A stretch of 64,000 bases of DNA from Candidatus Oxydemutator sp. (GCA_965203445.1 OZ241883.1:1536001-1600000); one strand, 5' to 3'. Shown: positions 1-11,961, numbered from the stretch's first letter. Notes: generated from the letters alone by a model not told the origin. A program made the numbers and translations.

Positions 1-126
1 AAAAAGAAATTCGCGCACTTCGCGCCAAGCCTGCTCGTCGTCGGCAAAGGCGCGTCCCAAAGTAAGCGACGTCGCCGCCGCGATTGCCGAGCCCAGAAAG
101 CCACGGCGCGTGAGGGTAATAGACAT
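1..126 (-). CDS. N-terminal fragment (runs off the window) of a Tat-exported protein, probably a quinoprotein dehydrogenase-associated SoxY(Z)-like carrier
   Basis: Not in the ORF track. Manual translation MSITLTRRGFLGSAIAAATSLTLGRAFADDEQAWREVREFLF has an RRGFL twin-arginine motif and an AFA cleavage site. GGAGG RBS at ~134-139 and TATAAT at ~162-167 on the minus strand. The SoxY-like identity rests on context and the W...LF start of the mature region only. Confidence 0.55.
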   Translation of the reverse strand, partial: MSITLTRRGFLGSAIAAATSLTLGRAFADDEQAWREVREFLF

Positions 127-184
127 AAGATCCGCCTCCAGAATCGAGATTGATGTCCGGCATTATACAACAGCTGTACAACTT

Positions 185-340
185 CGGGAACGCCGTGGGG
201 GCGTTCCCTTACTGGTGTATAAGACCGGAACGGCCCTCACCCCCGTCCTCTCCCAGGGGGAGAGGGAGAAGTCCTTGGTCGGGAACGCCGTGGGGGCGTT
301 CCCTTACTGATGTATAAGGCCGGAACAGCCCTCACCCCTC
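185..340 (+). repeat. Tandem pair (one full, one truncated) of a composite REP-like palindrome + BoxC-like repeat
   Basis: GGGAACGCCGTGGGGGCGTTCCCTTAC-TGGTGTATAAGACCGGAACGG-CCCTCACCCCCGTCCTCTCCCAGGGGGAGAGGGAGA at 186-269; a second unit at 281-340 stops after CCCTCACCCC. Confidence 0.9.
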
Positions 341-412
341 ATTGGGCTGACGGGGGCGCTTGATTTGTGCGATACTCGTTTTTATTGCAACTACCTTGCG
401 AGGAACAAACCG

Positions 413-817
413 ATGCAGAAAAGCACACTTGGAATCATGGTCGCGGCCGTCCTTGCGCTGGCGCTGCCCGCCGGCTGCATGATGGACGCCGGCGAGCCGC
501 CGAACCTGGTCGGCGAATGGCACGGAATGAACCACACGGTGTCCGAACTCAAGGGCTACCAGGAGTGGCAGAAGACCGTGCATATCACCGAGCAGCGCGA
601 CCGGCGTTTTCGCGGCTACTTCGAGTACACCGAGGGGCGCATAGATTTCTTCGGCGTCGTGTTTCCCGACGACTCCTCGTTCGCGTGGGTGTCGGGCGCG
701 AGCAAGGGCTACAACCTCGGCCGCATCTTGGGGCGCGACCGCATCAGCGCGTGCTACGTCGAGGCCGGCGAGCAGGCGAGCGCCGGTTGCGCCGAACTGA
801 CGCGCAAGCACGACTGA
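413..817 (+). CDS. Hypothetical lipoprotein (small, beta-rich)
   Basis: AGGA RBS; signal peptide with lipobox LPAGC; PNLVGEW start of the mature region; host-like codon usage. Confidence 0.75.
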   Translation: MQKSTLGIMVAAVLALALPAGCMMDAGEPPNLVGEWHGMNHTVSELKGYQEWQKTVHITEQRDRRFRGYFEYTEGRIDFFGVVFPDDSSFAWVSGASKGYNLGRILGRDRISACYVEAGEQASAGCAELTRKHD

Positions 818-854
818 GGGTGAGGGCGCGGCGCCGCGCCGCGCCCGCCGTTCG

Positions 855-1424
855 TCATGGGCGCATGCTTGTGATATAGGCCGAGACCGCCCTGAGGTCG
901 TCGTCGCCGAAGGTTTTTATCAGCGAGTTCTTGGCCGGCGAATTGGTGCGCACGCCGTTCTTGAAGTCGAACATGGTCTTCTCGATATAGGCGTTGTGCT
1001 GCCCGGCCACCCGCGGCACCCCGCTGGCGCCCTCGAAGCGTCCGAGGTGGCATTGCACGCACTGCCCCTGCGTGACTACCCTCTTGCCGGCGGCGCTCTG
1101 GGCCGCGTCGGCTTTGGCTGCACCGCGCGGCCATTGTTGCTCGGAGAAGTACTTGGCGATCAGCAGCATCTGCTCTTTCGTAAGCGCCATGACCATCGGC
1201 TGCATGATTTCGTTCTTGCGGAAACCGCGCTTGAAGTCCTTGAGCTGGGTGTAGGTATAGTGCAGATGCTGACCGGCGAGTATCGGGTTTTGCGGTATCG
1301 TCGAGACGCCGCGCTCGCCGTGGCACGGGATGCAGGTCGCAAGCTGCGCGCGCACCGACGCATATTCGTCGGCGCCCGCCGCCGCCATCAGCAGCAGCGT
1401 GCCTGCTATCAGATAACGTCGCAT
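855..1424 (-). CDS. Diheme cytochrome c4/c553-type
   Basis: Two CxxCH motifs (CIPCH, CVQCH), each followed by P-x-[LV]AGQ; signal peptide; GGAGAG RBS. Confidence 0.93.
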   Translation of the reverse strand: MRRYLIAGTLLLMAAAGADEYASVRAQLATCIPCHGERGVSTIPQNPILAGQHLHYTYTQLKDFKRGFRKNEIMQPMVMALTKEQMLLIAKYFSEQQWPRGAAKADAAQSAAGKRVVTQGQCVQCHLGRFEGASGVPRVAGQHNAYIEKTMFDFKNGVRTNSPAKNSLIKTFGDDDLRAVSAYITSMRP

Positions 1425-1466
1425 GACGGTCTCTCCCGTACCAATATGATCGAAGTCGGATGGAAG

Positions 1467-1502
1467 AAAACCGCCGCGCCCGGTCATGGGCGCGGCGGTT
1501 TT
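1467..1502 (-). terminator. Intrinsic (probably bidirectional) terminator after the PQQ dehydrogenase
   Basis: AAAACCGCCGCGCCC-GGTCAT-GGGCGCGGCGGTTTT perfect stem with A/T tails. Confidence 0.8.
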
Positions 1503-1558
1503 CGGTTTTGGCGGTTTTGTGCCGGGCGCGGGCGCGAACCCGCGGGACTACGGCCGCG

Positions 1559-3265
1559 TCAAGACCTCTTCAGCTTATACGCGATAATCTCGTTACCGCG
1601 TTTGTAGTCGAGCTGGACGTTGCCGCCGGCGCCGACGACGATGTACTGCTCGCCGTCGACGCTATACGAGGCGGGCGGTGCGTTGACGCCGGCCTTGGCT
1701 TTGTCCTGCCAGACCATCTGGCCGGTGGCCGAGTCGTAGGCGCGGAACATGCCGTTGCCCTCGCCGGTGAACACCAGGCCGCCGCCGGTGGCCAGGATGC
1801 CGCCGATCATCGGCTGCTCGGTCTTGACCTTCCACTTGATCTTGCCGGTGTTGTAGTCCACCGCGGTGACGTTGCCCCACTGCTGTTCCGACGGGATCAC
1901 CTTGAACGCGCCGCCCAGCCACAACTTGCCGCCGGGGTAGGGCGTCTCCTCGACGTGGTAGGTCATCGGCTGGTGCAGGTTGATCGCGTAGGTCAGTTGC
2001 AGGTGCGGGTCTATCGCCATCGGCGACCATTCGACGCCGCCGTTGGCGCCCGGCAGCATGCGCGCGCCTTCCTTGGTCGGCAGCACCCAGCGGTTTTCCT
2101 GCGACACCATCGGCTCCGAGAACCGGATCAGCGAGCAGTCGCTTGCGCGGTGGACGTAGACGTAGCCGGTCTTGCCCGCGTGCAGCACGCCCTTGACCAT
2201 GCGCCCGTCGTTGTCCTTGACCATCGTCAGGATCGGCGGGCTGACCGCGTCGAGATCCCAGACGTCATGGGCGATGTACTGAAAGTGGCACTGGTAACCG
2301 CCGCTGTCCAGGTCGACCGCGACCAGCGAGTTGGTGTACAGGTTGTCGCCCGGACGAATCGCGCCGTAGAGATCCGGCGACGGGTTGCCGACGACGAAAT
2401 AGACCATGTCGTTGGAACGATCCACGGCCATGTTCTGCCACACGCCGCCGCCGAGCGTCTTGTACGGGTCGCCGTTTTTCTCGAGCGTGGCTTTCTCGGC
2501 CTCGATGTCGCGGTGCATGTATTTGCCGGTGGCGTCGTGGGTCTCCCAGGTGCCGACCGAGTTCTCCGGCACCGTGTAAAACGTCCACAACAGGTCGCCG
2601 CTTTCGGCGTCGTAGGCCTTGACGAAGCCGCGGATCCCGTACTCGCCGCCGTTGGTGCCGATCAGCACCTTGCCGTCAACGACGGTGGGCGCCATCGTCT
2701 CGCTGTAGCCGAGTTCGGGGTCGGCGATCTGCGTCTCCCACACTTTCTTGCCGGTCTTGGCGTTGAGCGCCACCATTTTGGCGTCCAGCGTCCCCATGTA
2801 GAGCATGTCGCCGTAGGCGAACACGCCGCGGTTGTTGGGGCCGCAGCAGTAGGTCGTAACCGGCCCCATCTTGTGTTTGTAGTGCCAGAGCCTCTTGCCG
2901 GTCTTGGCGTCGAGCGCATAGACGTGGTTGTACGAGGTCGTTATATACATCACGCCGTCTATGATGATCGGCGTCGTCTCCAGCGACTCGACGACCTCGG
3001 TCCTGAAGACCCAGGCGCGCGCCAGACGGTGGACGTTGTCGCGGTTTATCTGGCGCGCCGGATAGTAGCGGGTTTGATCGTAGTTGCCGTTGGTGTGCAG
3101 AAAATTATTGGCGTCGCCGGCGGCGTGGTCCAACATGTCCTGGGTTACCGTGTGCATGTCGCCGTAGAGGGTGCCTTTGCCGGTCTCCTGGGCGAACGTC
3201 GCCGACGTCGCCAGCGCCGCCAGCGACGCGCCGAGCGCAAGCGCCTGGATGTGTTTTGTATTCAT
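1559..3265 (-). CDS. PQQ-dependent alcohol dehydrogenase (methanol/ethanol family), likely lanthanide-dependent
   Basis: Sec signal; vicinal CC (YCCGPNNRG); GGEYGIRG; GNPSP; HDVWDLDAV with D-x-D; Trp-docking propeller repeats; AAGGAG RBS before ATG 3265. Confidence 0.93.
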   Translation of the reverse strand: MNTKHIQALALGASLAALATSATFAQETGKGTLYGDMHTVTQDMLDHAAGDANNFLHTNGNYDQTRYYPARQINRDNVHRLARAWVFRTEVVESLETTPIIIDGVMYITTSYNHVYALDAKTGKRLWHYKHKMGPVTTYCCGPNNRGVFAYGDMLYMGTLDAKMVALNAKTGKKVWETQIADPELGYSETMAPTVVDGKVLIGTNGGEYGIRGFVKAYDAESGDLLWTFYTVPENSVGTWETHDATGKYMHRDIEAEKATLEKNGDPYKTLGGGVWQNMAVDRSNDMVYFVVGNPSPDLYGAIRPGDNLYTNSLVAVDLDSGGYQCHFQYIAHDVWDLDAVSPPILTMVKDNDGRMVKGVLHAGKTGYVYVHRASDCSLIRFSEPMVSQENRWVLPTKEGARMLPGANGGVEWSPMAIDPHLQLTYAINLHQPMTYHVEETPYPGGKLWLGGAFKVIPSEQQWGNVTAVDYNTGKIKWKVKTEQPMIGGILATGGGLVFTGEGNGMFRAYDSATGQMVWQDKAKAGVNAPPASYSVDGEQYIVVGAGGNVQLDYKRGNEIIAYKLKRS

Positions 3266-3307
3266 CTTGTTGCTCCTTAAGAGTAAGTCATGAGTATGTC
3301 GTTTGTC

Positions 3308-3349
3308 GTGGTAGGCTTGCGGGCCGTAGTGGCAGACTTGCAGGCCATA
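3308..3349. promoter_or_regulatory. Tandem 21-bp imperfect direct repeat in the leader of the PQQ dehydrogenase (candidate operator)
   Basis: GTGGTAGGCTTGCGGGCCGTA / GTGGCAGACTTGCAGGCCATA, 17/21 identical, just downstream of an extended -10-like TGCTATCAT (minus strand, 3356-3364). Confidence 0.5.
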
Positions 3350-3458
3350 AGACACATGATAGCAAATTGCGTCGGGTGGTAGGGAACCGTTCGCGGGAAC
3401 GGTGGAGCGGGGCGTGTTTGCCCAGCCCCATGCCATGCCCGTATTATGTTTGGGGACG

Positions 3459-4442
3459 ATGAGGCGCAGGCGGTTTCTGGCGATGACGATAAGCTCGATG
3501 GCGGCGCTGGTCGGCGCCGGCCGTGGTCGCGCGCCGGGAGCGCGACCACGGCTGGCGGTCGTGCACGATCCGTTGTTCGCCGAGCATAGGCTTGAGGAAG
3601 GCCATCCCGAGTCGCCGGCGCGCTACCACGCGGTCATGGATGCTCTCGAGGAAAACGGCCTGCTGGGAAAAGTGGCGTTGCCGCCGCCGATTGCGGCCGA
3701 ACCGGCGGTGTTCGCGGTGCACACGCGACGCCATTTTGCGCAAATCCGCGACACCTACGGGCGCTCGCACGTGGTCGCGTTGCGCGCCGCGGGCGCCGGC
3801 CTGGCCGGCGTGCGCGCGGTATGCGAGGGCCAGGCCGTGCGCGCGTTCTGCGCGACCCGCCCGCCCGGGCATCACGCGCTGAACAGCGGCCGCGAGGAAG
3901 GTTTTTGTTTCTACAACACGGTGGCGATTGCCGCGCGCTACGCGCAACGCACCTGTGGCCTCGCCAGAGTGCTGATAGTGGATTGGGACTACCACCACGG
4001 CAACGGCACCGAGGCCGCGTTCTACGACGATCCTTCGGTGCTGTTTTTCTCGACCCACGATTACCGCGCCTATCCCGGCACCGGCGATCCGGCGCGCCGC
4101 GGCGCGGGGAAGGGGCGCGGCTACAACGTCAACGTCCATCTCGATTGCGGTAGCGACGACGCCGCTATCGTCGCCGCTTTCGAGGACGTGCTGGTGCCGG
4201 CGGCGCGTCGCTTCCGGCCCGATCTGGTGTTGGTGTCGGCCGGGTTCGACGGCCGCCGCGACGACCCGCTTGGTTGTTTCGACGTAAGCGACGCGGGCTT
4301 CACGCGCCTTACCCAAATCGTCTGCACGCTGGCGGACACCTACTGCGACGGCCGCCTGGTGTCGGTGCTGGAGGGAGGCTATAACCTGGCGGGGCTGGCC
4401 AGCGCGGCCAGCGCCCACGTCGCGGCCTTGGCCGCGGCCTGA
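3459..4442 (+). CDS. Zn-dependent histone deacetylase-family amidohydrolase with a Tat-like signal
   Basis: [40 protein letters not shown] motifs; N-terminus MRRRRFLAM followed by a hydrophobic stretch. Confidence 0.92.
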   Translation: MRRRRFLAMTISSMAALVGAGRGRAPGARPRLAVVHDPLFAEHRLEEGHPESPARYHAVMDALEENGLLGKVALPPPIAAEPAVFAVHTRRHFAQIRDTYGRSHVVALRAAGAGLAGVRAVCEGQAVRAFCATRPPGHHALNSGREEGFCFYNTVAIAARYAQRTCGLARVLIVDWDYHHGNGTEAAFYDDPSVLFFSTHDYRAYPGTGDPARRGAGKGRGYNVNVHLDCGSDDAAIVAAFEDVLVPAARRFRPDLVLVSAGFDGRRDDPLGCFDVSDAGFTRLTQIVCTLADTYCDGRLVSVLEGGYNLAGLASAASAHVAALAAA

Positions 4443-4470
4443 GGGCCGGGAGCGACAAGCGCGCCCGGAA

Positions 4471-4501
4471 CGAACCGCCCCGTGTTTTTCGGAGACTTCC
4501 A
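4471..4501 (+). mobile_element. Solo IS3-family (IS51/IS6110-like) terminal inverted repeat, degenerate
   Basis: (C)GAACCGCCCCGTGTTTTTCGGAGACTTCCA; 30 bp identical to 27244-27273; resembles the TGAACCGCCCCGG...GGAGACT ends of IS6110/IS629. Confidence 0.7.
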
Positions 4502-4557
4502 AATGGGGGAAGGGAAAATGTAACCTTCTCCCCCTGAGGGTGGGCCGATTCTCGCCT

Positions 4558-4965
4558 TCAGCCGCCGGCGGGCATGCCAAAAAAGGCCGCGAACAGCGCC
4601 GCGATGATGGCGACCGTCGAAAAACCCGTGGAAAGCGCCATATACTTCATGCTCGTGCCTATCTTCTCGGTGAGCTCACCCCTGAGAAGCGCTATTTGCG
4701 CGTCGGTATGTTCCGCTTGCGCTTTATGGGCAGTTTTGAGTTCGACCAGCCCGGCCTTGACTTCCAAAACCTGCGCCCCAAGTTCGGCCAGTTCGGCCCT
4801 GATCGCCAGAAGCTGCGCGTCGACTTCATCCTTGGTTGCCAGATGCTGTACGGCCTCGGTGATCGAAGCGCGCAGCAGTTCCGTCAGGGCCTCGGCCTGC
4901 TCTCGGCTCATGCCGGTGCGCTCCAGGCTGTGGACGCTGTCTATCATGCTGGTTGTCTGGCGCAT
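4558..4965 (-). CDS. DUF1640/CCDC90-like coiled-coil protein with C-terminal membrane anchor
   Basis: L..GMSREQAEAL head, LATK neck, heptad coiled coil, C-terminal TM helix; AAAGGAGG RBS. Confidence 0.75.
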   Translation of the reverse strand: MRQTTSMIDSVHSLERTGMSREQAEALTELLRASITEAVQHLATKDEVDAQLLAIRAELAELGAQVLEVKAGLVELKTAHKAQAEHTDAQIALLRGELTEKIGTSMKYMALSTGFSTVAIIAALFAAFFGMPAGG

Positions 4966-5237
4966 GGTCGTTCCTCCTTTCGGCTGAAAAGGAACGTTGT
5001 AACGCGCATGCGGACCATAGCATGGAAGATCAGATAAACGGTGCGATACGGCCGACGAATGACTTTTTCCGACGAACGGTATTCATGGAAATCTCCATCG
5101 CGTGATTGGGAGAGGGCGCAGGGGACGAGGGGGGCGCAGGGGCGTTTGCGCAAAATCTGCTTCGGGTTGACACGGTTGCCATCATGGGTGCAATCCGGCG
5201 ATAAGATATAATCCGATTTCGGATTTCCATTTCCGAT

Positions 5238-6113
5238 TTGCGCGAGAACGTGCTGACCAGATTTCTTTTTGTGGCGTCGTGCCTGATGATCGCCGCGGCG
5301 TCGGCGGACAACGTGCGTACGTTGAACTTCGAGTTGTTCGATGCGGCGCGGCAAGGCGACGCCGAGCGCGTGCGCGAACTGCTCGACGCCGGCGCGTTGA
5401 TCTCGGCGCGCAATCGTTTCGGCAATAGCGCGCTGATATACGCGGCGCGCGGCGGCCACGTCGAAGTCCTCGCGCTGCTCGTCGCGCGCGGCGCCGACGT
5501 GAACCGCCCGAACGTGAACCGCGAGAGCGCGCTGTTCGGCGCGGTCAAGAACAATCACGCGCAAGCGACGCGCTGGCTGCTCGACAACGGCGCGCGCGCC
5601 GGCGACGCCACGCTCGCGCGCCTGACTCCGCTGATGACCGCGACCTTCAACGACAACCGCGAACTCGTCGAATTGCTGCTGGCGCGCGACGCGCCGGTGG
5701 ACGTGGTGGACGACACCGGCAAGTCGGCGCTGGTCTATGCCGCCGCGCGTTGCCGCCCCGAGGTCTTCGACCTGCTGGCGGCGCGCCTGGAAGAAGTGGA
5801 TCGCCGCTATCGCAACGGCCTGACGCTGCTGATGTGGGCGGCACCGGCCGAGAGCGGCCATTGCGTCGCGCAACTATTGAAGGCGGGCGCCGCCCCCGAT
5901 CTCAAGGACAACCGCGGACGCAGCGCGCTGATGATCGCGGCCGCGGCCGGTGCGACCGCGACCGTTGAGGTGTTGCTTTTGCATCGGGCCGACGCCGCGG
6001 CCGTGGACAACGAGGGGCAGACCGCGGCGACGCTCGCCGCCGGCGCCGGCCACCCCGAGTTGTCACAGCTGCTCGGCGCGGCACAATCGAACCCTCTCCC
6101 AGAGGGAGAATAA
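5238..6113 (+). CDS. Secreted ankyrin-repeat protein (start may be GTG 5250)
   Basis: About 8 ANK repeats (GNSALIYAA, TPLMTA, GKSALVYAA, GRSALMIAA); signal peptide ending ASA. Confidence 0.9.
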   Translation: MRENVLTRFLFVASCLMIAAASADNVRTLNFELFDAARQGDAERVRELLDAGALISARNRFGNSALIYAARGGHVEVLALLVARGADVNRPNVNRESALFGAVKNNHAQATRWLLDNGARAGDATLARLTPLMTATFNDNRELVELLLARDAPVDVVDDTGKSALVYAAARCRPEVFDLLAARLEEVDRRYRNGLTLLMWAAPAESGHCVAQLLKAGAAPDLKDNRGRSALMIAAAAGATATVEVLLLHRADAAAVDNEGQTAATLAAGAGHPELSQLLGAAQSNPLPEGE

Positions 6114-6126
6114 AGAAGGGTATCCA

Positions 6127-7836
6127 ATGAGCGGGTTTTTCTCAAAGGAAAGCATCATCGCGCCGCCCGGCTTCAACCGCTGGCGCGTGCCTCCGGCCTC
6201 GATCGGGATCCACCTGTGCATCGGTTCGGTCTATGCGTGGAGCATCTACAACCCGGCGCTGACGAAGGTCCTGGGCGTCGTCTCCTCGAGCGCCGACGAT
6301 TGGACTCTGGGCGAGGTCGTCTGGATCTTCACGGTCTCGATTCTGTTTCTCGGGCTGGCCGCGGCGTTCGCCGGCAAATGGCTCGAGGAAGTCGGGCCGC
6401 GCACCGTCGGCATCGTCGCCGCCAGTTGCTGGGGCGGCGGCTACCTGGTCGGCAGCCTCGGCATCATGACGCACCAGTTGTGGCTGGTCTATCTCGGTTA
6501 CGGCGTCATCGGCGGCTGCGGCCTGGGGCTGGGCTACGTGTCGCCGGTAAGCACGCTGATCCGCTGGTTCCCCGACCGCCGCGGCATGGCCACCGGCATG
6601 GCCATCATGGGTTTCGGCGGCGGCGCGATGTTGGCCACGCCGCTGAAGGAATATCTGCTGCAAACGTTCTACCGCGCGCCCGAATACATGGGGGCGGTCG
6701 CCGACGTCGAACTGGTCACCGAGGCCGGGCGGCGCTTCGTCGACATCGGCGGCCAGCTGAAGGAGGTCGTCGTCGTCGGCGCCGGCGAGGTCGCCGACAT
6801 GATCGTGCCCGGCGATCCCGGCGTGTATCTGGTCGGCACCGGTTCGGTCGGCGCCGGCGCCACCTTTTTCGTCATCGGTCTGATTTATTTCGTGGTCATG
6901 ATGGTGGCCGCGTTCAGCTACCGCCTGCCCGCGCCCGGCTGGAAACCCGCAGGCTGGACGCCGCCCTCGGCCGAGGTCGCGGCCAAAAAAATGATGACCC
7001 GGGAAAACGTCGACATCGATCAGGCGCTGAAGACGCCGCAGTTCTACCAGTTGTGGATCGTCCTGTGCTTCAACGTCACCGCGGGCATCGGCGTCATCGG
7101 CGTCGCCAAGACGATGATGGTCGAGATTTTCGGCACCACGCTGCCCGGTATCGTGGACGGCGTTTTCGCCGCCACCTACGTGCTGATGATCAGCGTGTTC
7201 AACATGATCGGGCGCGTGTTGTGGGCCGGTTCGTCCGACTTCATCGGGCGCAAGAACACCTACTGGATCTTTTTCGTCGGCGGCATCCTGCTCTATCTGT
7301 CGGTGCCGTTCACCGCGCAGCAGGTGAGCGTCAACCCGGCGGTGTTCTGGCTGGTGTTTTTCTACGCCGCGACGATGATCATCTTCACGTTTTACGGCGG
7401 TGGTTTTGCGACGATACCGGCCTACCTTGCCGACGTCTTCGGCACCCACCACGTCGGCGGCATCCACGGGCGGCTTTTGACCGCGTGGAGCGTCGCCGGT
7501 ATTCTCGGGCCGCTTGCGATCACGACGCTGCGCCGGCATTCGCTCGGCGACGCGATCCGCGAGGTCGCGGCCACGGTCGACCCCGGGCGCTTTGCCGAGA
7601 CCTTCGGCGCCGGGCTCGGGCAACTCGACCTGCTGATGGAGAAAAAGACCGTAACCCTCGCCAAATTGCTCGAAATCGCGCCACCGGGTACAATAGACCC
7701 GACACCGAGTCTGTACAACAGCACGATGTATTTGATGGCGTTCCTGCTGCTTCTGGCGCTGATCTCGAACGCGCTGATGAAGCCGGTTCACGCCAGCCAT
7801 CACATGACAAGACAACGACAACGGGAGCAATCCTGA
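6127..7836 (+). CDS. OFA-family MFS transporter (oxalate/formate/monocarboxylate-type)
   Basis: HLCIGSVYAWS, WFPDRRGMATGMAIMGFGGG, YGGGFATIPAYLAD motifs; multiple TM helices. Confidence 0.92.
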   Translation: MSGFFSKESIIAPPGFNRWRVPPASIGIHLCIGSVYAWSIYNPALTKVLGVVSSSADDWTLGEVVWIFTVSILFLGLAAAFAGKWLEEVGPRTVGIVAASCWGGGYLVGSLGIMTHQLWLVYLGYGVIGGCGLGLGYVSPVSTLIRWFPDRRGMATGMAIMGFGGGAMLATPLKEYLLQTFYRAPEYMGAVADVELVTEAGRRFVDIGGQLKEVVVVGAGEVADMIVPGDPGVYLVGTGSVGAGATFFVIGLIYFVVMMVAAFSYRLPAPGWKPAGWTPPSAEVAAKKMMTRENVDIDQALKTPQFYQLWIVLCFNVTAGIGVIGVAKTMMVEIFGTTLPGIVDGVFAATYVLMISVFNMIGRVLWAGSSDFIGRKNTYWIFFVGGILLYLSVPFTAQQVSVNPAVFWLVFFYAATMIIFTFYGGGFATIPAYLADVFGTHHVGGIHGRLLTAWSVAGILGPLAITTLRRHSLGDAIREVAATVDPGRFAETFGAGLGQLDLLMEKKTVTLAKLLEIAPPGTIDPTPSLYNSTMYLMAFLLLLALISNALMKPVHASHHMTRQRQREQS

Positions 7837-7863
7837 CGCAACAACCATAAGGAGGAGAACCAT

Positions 7864-9375
7864 ATGAGTGCGACAGCCGAAGCTATTACCATGGAAAGAT
7901 TCACGCACCGCTTCTTAAGCGAGCCCAAAAAGATGCTGATCGGCGGCCGTTGGACGCCGGCGGCGTCGGGCAAGACTTTCGAGGTGGTCAACCCGGCCAC
8001 CGAGGAGGTGGTGGGCCACGTCGCCGAGGGCGAGGCCGAGGACATAGACCGCGCCGTGGCCGCGGCCAGGAAGGCGTTCGAATCCGGCGCGTGGCCGCGG
8101 ATGACGCCGTCGGCGCGCGGGCGCCTGGTGTCGCGCATCGGCGATTTGATCCTCGATAATCTCGACGAGTTCGCCGAGCTGGAGGCGCTCGACAACGGCA
8201 AGCCGATTACCGTCGCGCGCGTCGCCGACGTGCCGCTGGCGGCGGACATGTTCCACTACATGTCGGGCTGGACGACGAAGATGCACGGCCAGACGATACC
8301 GCTGTCGGTGCTCTACACGCCGGGCGTCCGCTACCATTCGTACACGACCCCGGAACCGGTCGGCGTCGTCGGCCAGATCATCCCGTGGAACTTCCCGCTG
8401 CTGATGGCGGCGTGGAAGCTGGCGCCGGCGCTTGCGACCGGGTGCACCGTGGTGCTCAAGGTCGCCGAGGAGACGCCGTTGTCGGCGCTGCGCTTGGGCG
8501 AGATCCTGCAGGAGGCGGGCCTGCCCGACGGCGTCGTCAACGTCGTCACCGGTTTCGGCGAGACCGCGGGGGCCGCGTTGGCGGCGCATCCCGGGGTGGA
8601 CAAGGTCGCCTTCACCGGTTCGACCGAGGTCGGGCGCCTGATCGTAAAGGCCGCGGCCAACGATCTGAAGAAGGTGTCGCTTGAGCTGGGCGGCAAGTCG
8701 CCGAACATCGTGCTCGAAGACGCCGATCTCGAGGTCGCCGTCCCGGGCGCGGCCAACGCGATCTTCTTCAACCACGGCCAATGTTGCTGCGCCGGTTCGC
8801 GTCTCTACGCCGCCGAGGGCATCTTCGACAAGGTCGTCGAGGGGGTGTCGGAGGCGGCGTCCAAGATCAAGCTGGGGCCGGGTCTCGATCCCGACACCGA
8901 GATGGGGCCGATGGTGTCCAAGATACAGCACGAGCGCGTCTCGGGTTATCTCGACTCGGGCTTCAGCGAAGGCGCGCACGCCGCCGTCGGCGGGCGCAAG
9001 AAAGAGGGCGCCGGCTACTTCATCGAGCCGACGGTGCTGGTGGACACGCACCAGGACATGAAGGTCAACCAGGAGGAGATCTTCGGCCCGGTGGTCACGG
9101 CGATGCCGTTCAAGGGTCTGGACGAAGATCTGGTGCGGCGCGCCAACGACACCGTCTATGGTCTGGCCGCCGGCTTGTGGACGCGCGACGTCGGCAAGGC
9201 GCACGCGCTCGCCGCCGAGCTGCGCGCCGGCACGGTGTGGATCAACTGCTACAACATCTTCGACTCGGCGCTGCCGTTCGGCGGCTACAAGCAGTCCGGC
9301 TGGGGCCGCGAGATGGGCGAGGCGGTGCTCGACAACTATACCGAGACCAAGGCCGTTACCATCAACCTTTCCTGA
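7864..9375 (+). CDS. NAD-dependent aldehyde dehydrogenase (DhaS/phenylacetaldehyde DH-like)
   Basis: [39 protein letters not shown]; strong AAGGAGGAG RBS. Confidence 0.95.
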   Translation: MSATAEAITMERFTHRFLSEPKKMLIGGRWTPAASGKTFEVVNPATEEVVGHVAEGEAEDIDRAVAAARKAFESGAWPRMTPSARGRLVSRIGDLILDNLDEFAELEALDNGKPITVARVADVPLAADMFHYMSGWTTKMHGQTIPLSVLYTPGVRYHSYTTPEPVGVVGQIIPWNFPLLMAAWKLAPALATGCTVVLKVAEETPLSALRLGEILQEAGLPDGVVNVVTGFGETAGAALAAHPGVDKVAFTGSTEVGRLIVKAAANDLKKVSLELGGKSPNIVLEDADLEVAVPGAANAIFFNHGQCCCAGSRLYAAEGIFDKVVEGVSEAASKIKLGPGLDPDTEMGPMVSKIQHERVSGYLDSGFSEGAHAAVGGRKKEGAGYFIEPTVLVDTHQDMKVNQEEIFGPVVTAMPFKGLDEDLVRRANDTVYGLAAGLWTRDVGKAHALAAELRAGTVWINCYNIFDSALPFGGYKQSGWGREMGEAVLDNYTETKAVTINLS

Positions 9376-9386
9376 ACGACGTTCCA

Positions 9387-9425
9387 ACAAAGCCCCCCGC
9401 GCCGCCACGGCGCGGGGGGCTTTGT
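9387..9425 (+). terminator. Intrinsic terminator/attenuating hairpin between ALDH and acs
   Basis: ACAAAGCCCCCCGCGCC-GCCAC-GGCGCGGGGGGCTTTGT. Confidence 0.8.
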
Positions 9426-9440
9426 CGTCCGCATCTACCG

Positions 9441-11396
<1,956 letters not shown>

Positions 11397-11517
11397 TCTG
11401 GTCGGGAACGCCGTGGGGGCGTTCCCTTACTGGTGTATAAGGCCAAAACGGCCCTCACCCCGGCCCTCTCCCCGAGGGAGAGGGGTTATTATCGTCAGAG
11501 TGTATAATTGTGGGATT

Positions 11518-11943
11518 ATGAATTTCCGTACCAAAGTTTTTGCTGCATCGCTGGCGTTGTCCGGCGCCGCAGTCGGCCCGGCGTTTGCCGGCGACGCCGA
11601 AGCGCTTGCCGGCGACGTCGAGGCCGGCAAAAAAGTCTTCATCAAGTGCCAGGTGTGCCACTCGCTGGAGAAGGACGTCCCCAAGGTCGGCCCCAGTCTC
11701 TACGGCGTGTTCGGGCGCAAGGCCGGAACGCTTGCCAGCTACCCGCTGTACACCGACGCGATGAAGGAGTCCGGCGTGGTCTGGAACGAGGACACCATCC
11801 GCGAGCTGGTCCAGGCGCCGCGCACGTTCATCAAAGGCACGCGCATGATTTTTTTAGGCCTGAAAGACGAAAAGGAAATCGCCGACATGCTGGCTTACCT
11901 GAAGTCCGCCACGCCGCCCGCCGAACCGCCACCGGCGCAGTAG
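11518..11943 (+). CDS. Class I cytochrome c (c2/c550-like)
   Basis: GDVEAGKKVF, CQVCH, GPSLYGVFGR, GTRM axial Met; signal peptide. Confidence 0.93.
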   Translation: MNFRTKVFAASLALSGAAVGPAFAGDAEALAGDVEAGKKVFIKCQVCHSLEKDVPKVGPSLYGVFGRKAGTLASYPLYTDAMKESGVVWNEDTIRELVQAPRTFIKGTRMIFLGLKDEKEIADMLAYLKSATPPAEPPPAQ

Positions 11944-11961
11944 CGCCGCCGGCGTATCCGT

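Noticed and set aside
110-310. Short ORFs with VGAFPY or YKTGTALTP (110..310, start of 11413..11943, 34201..34677, 34596..34937)
   Set aside because: They are translations of the dispersed DNA repeat, not a protein family.
185-340. Two repeat units ~95 bp apart resembling a mini CRISPR array
   Set aside because: The sequence following each palindrome is itself conserved between copies, so there are no unique spacers. Copies are dispersed and there are no cas genes.
3329-3349. Sigma-54 (-24/-12) promoter for the PQQ dehydrogenase
   Set aside because: The GG-to-GC spacing does not fit the required 10 nt on either strand.
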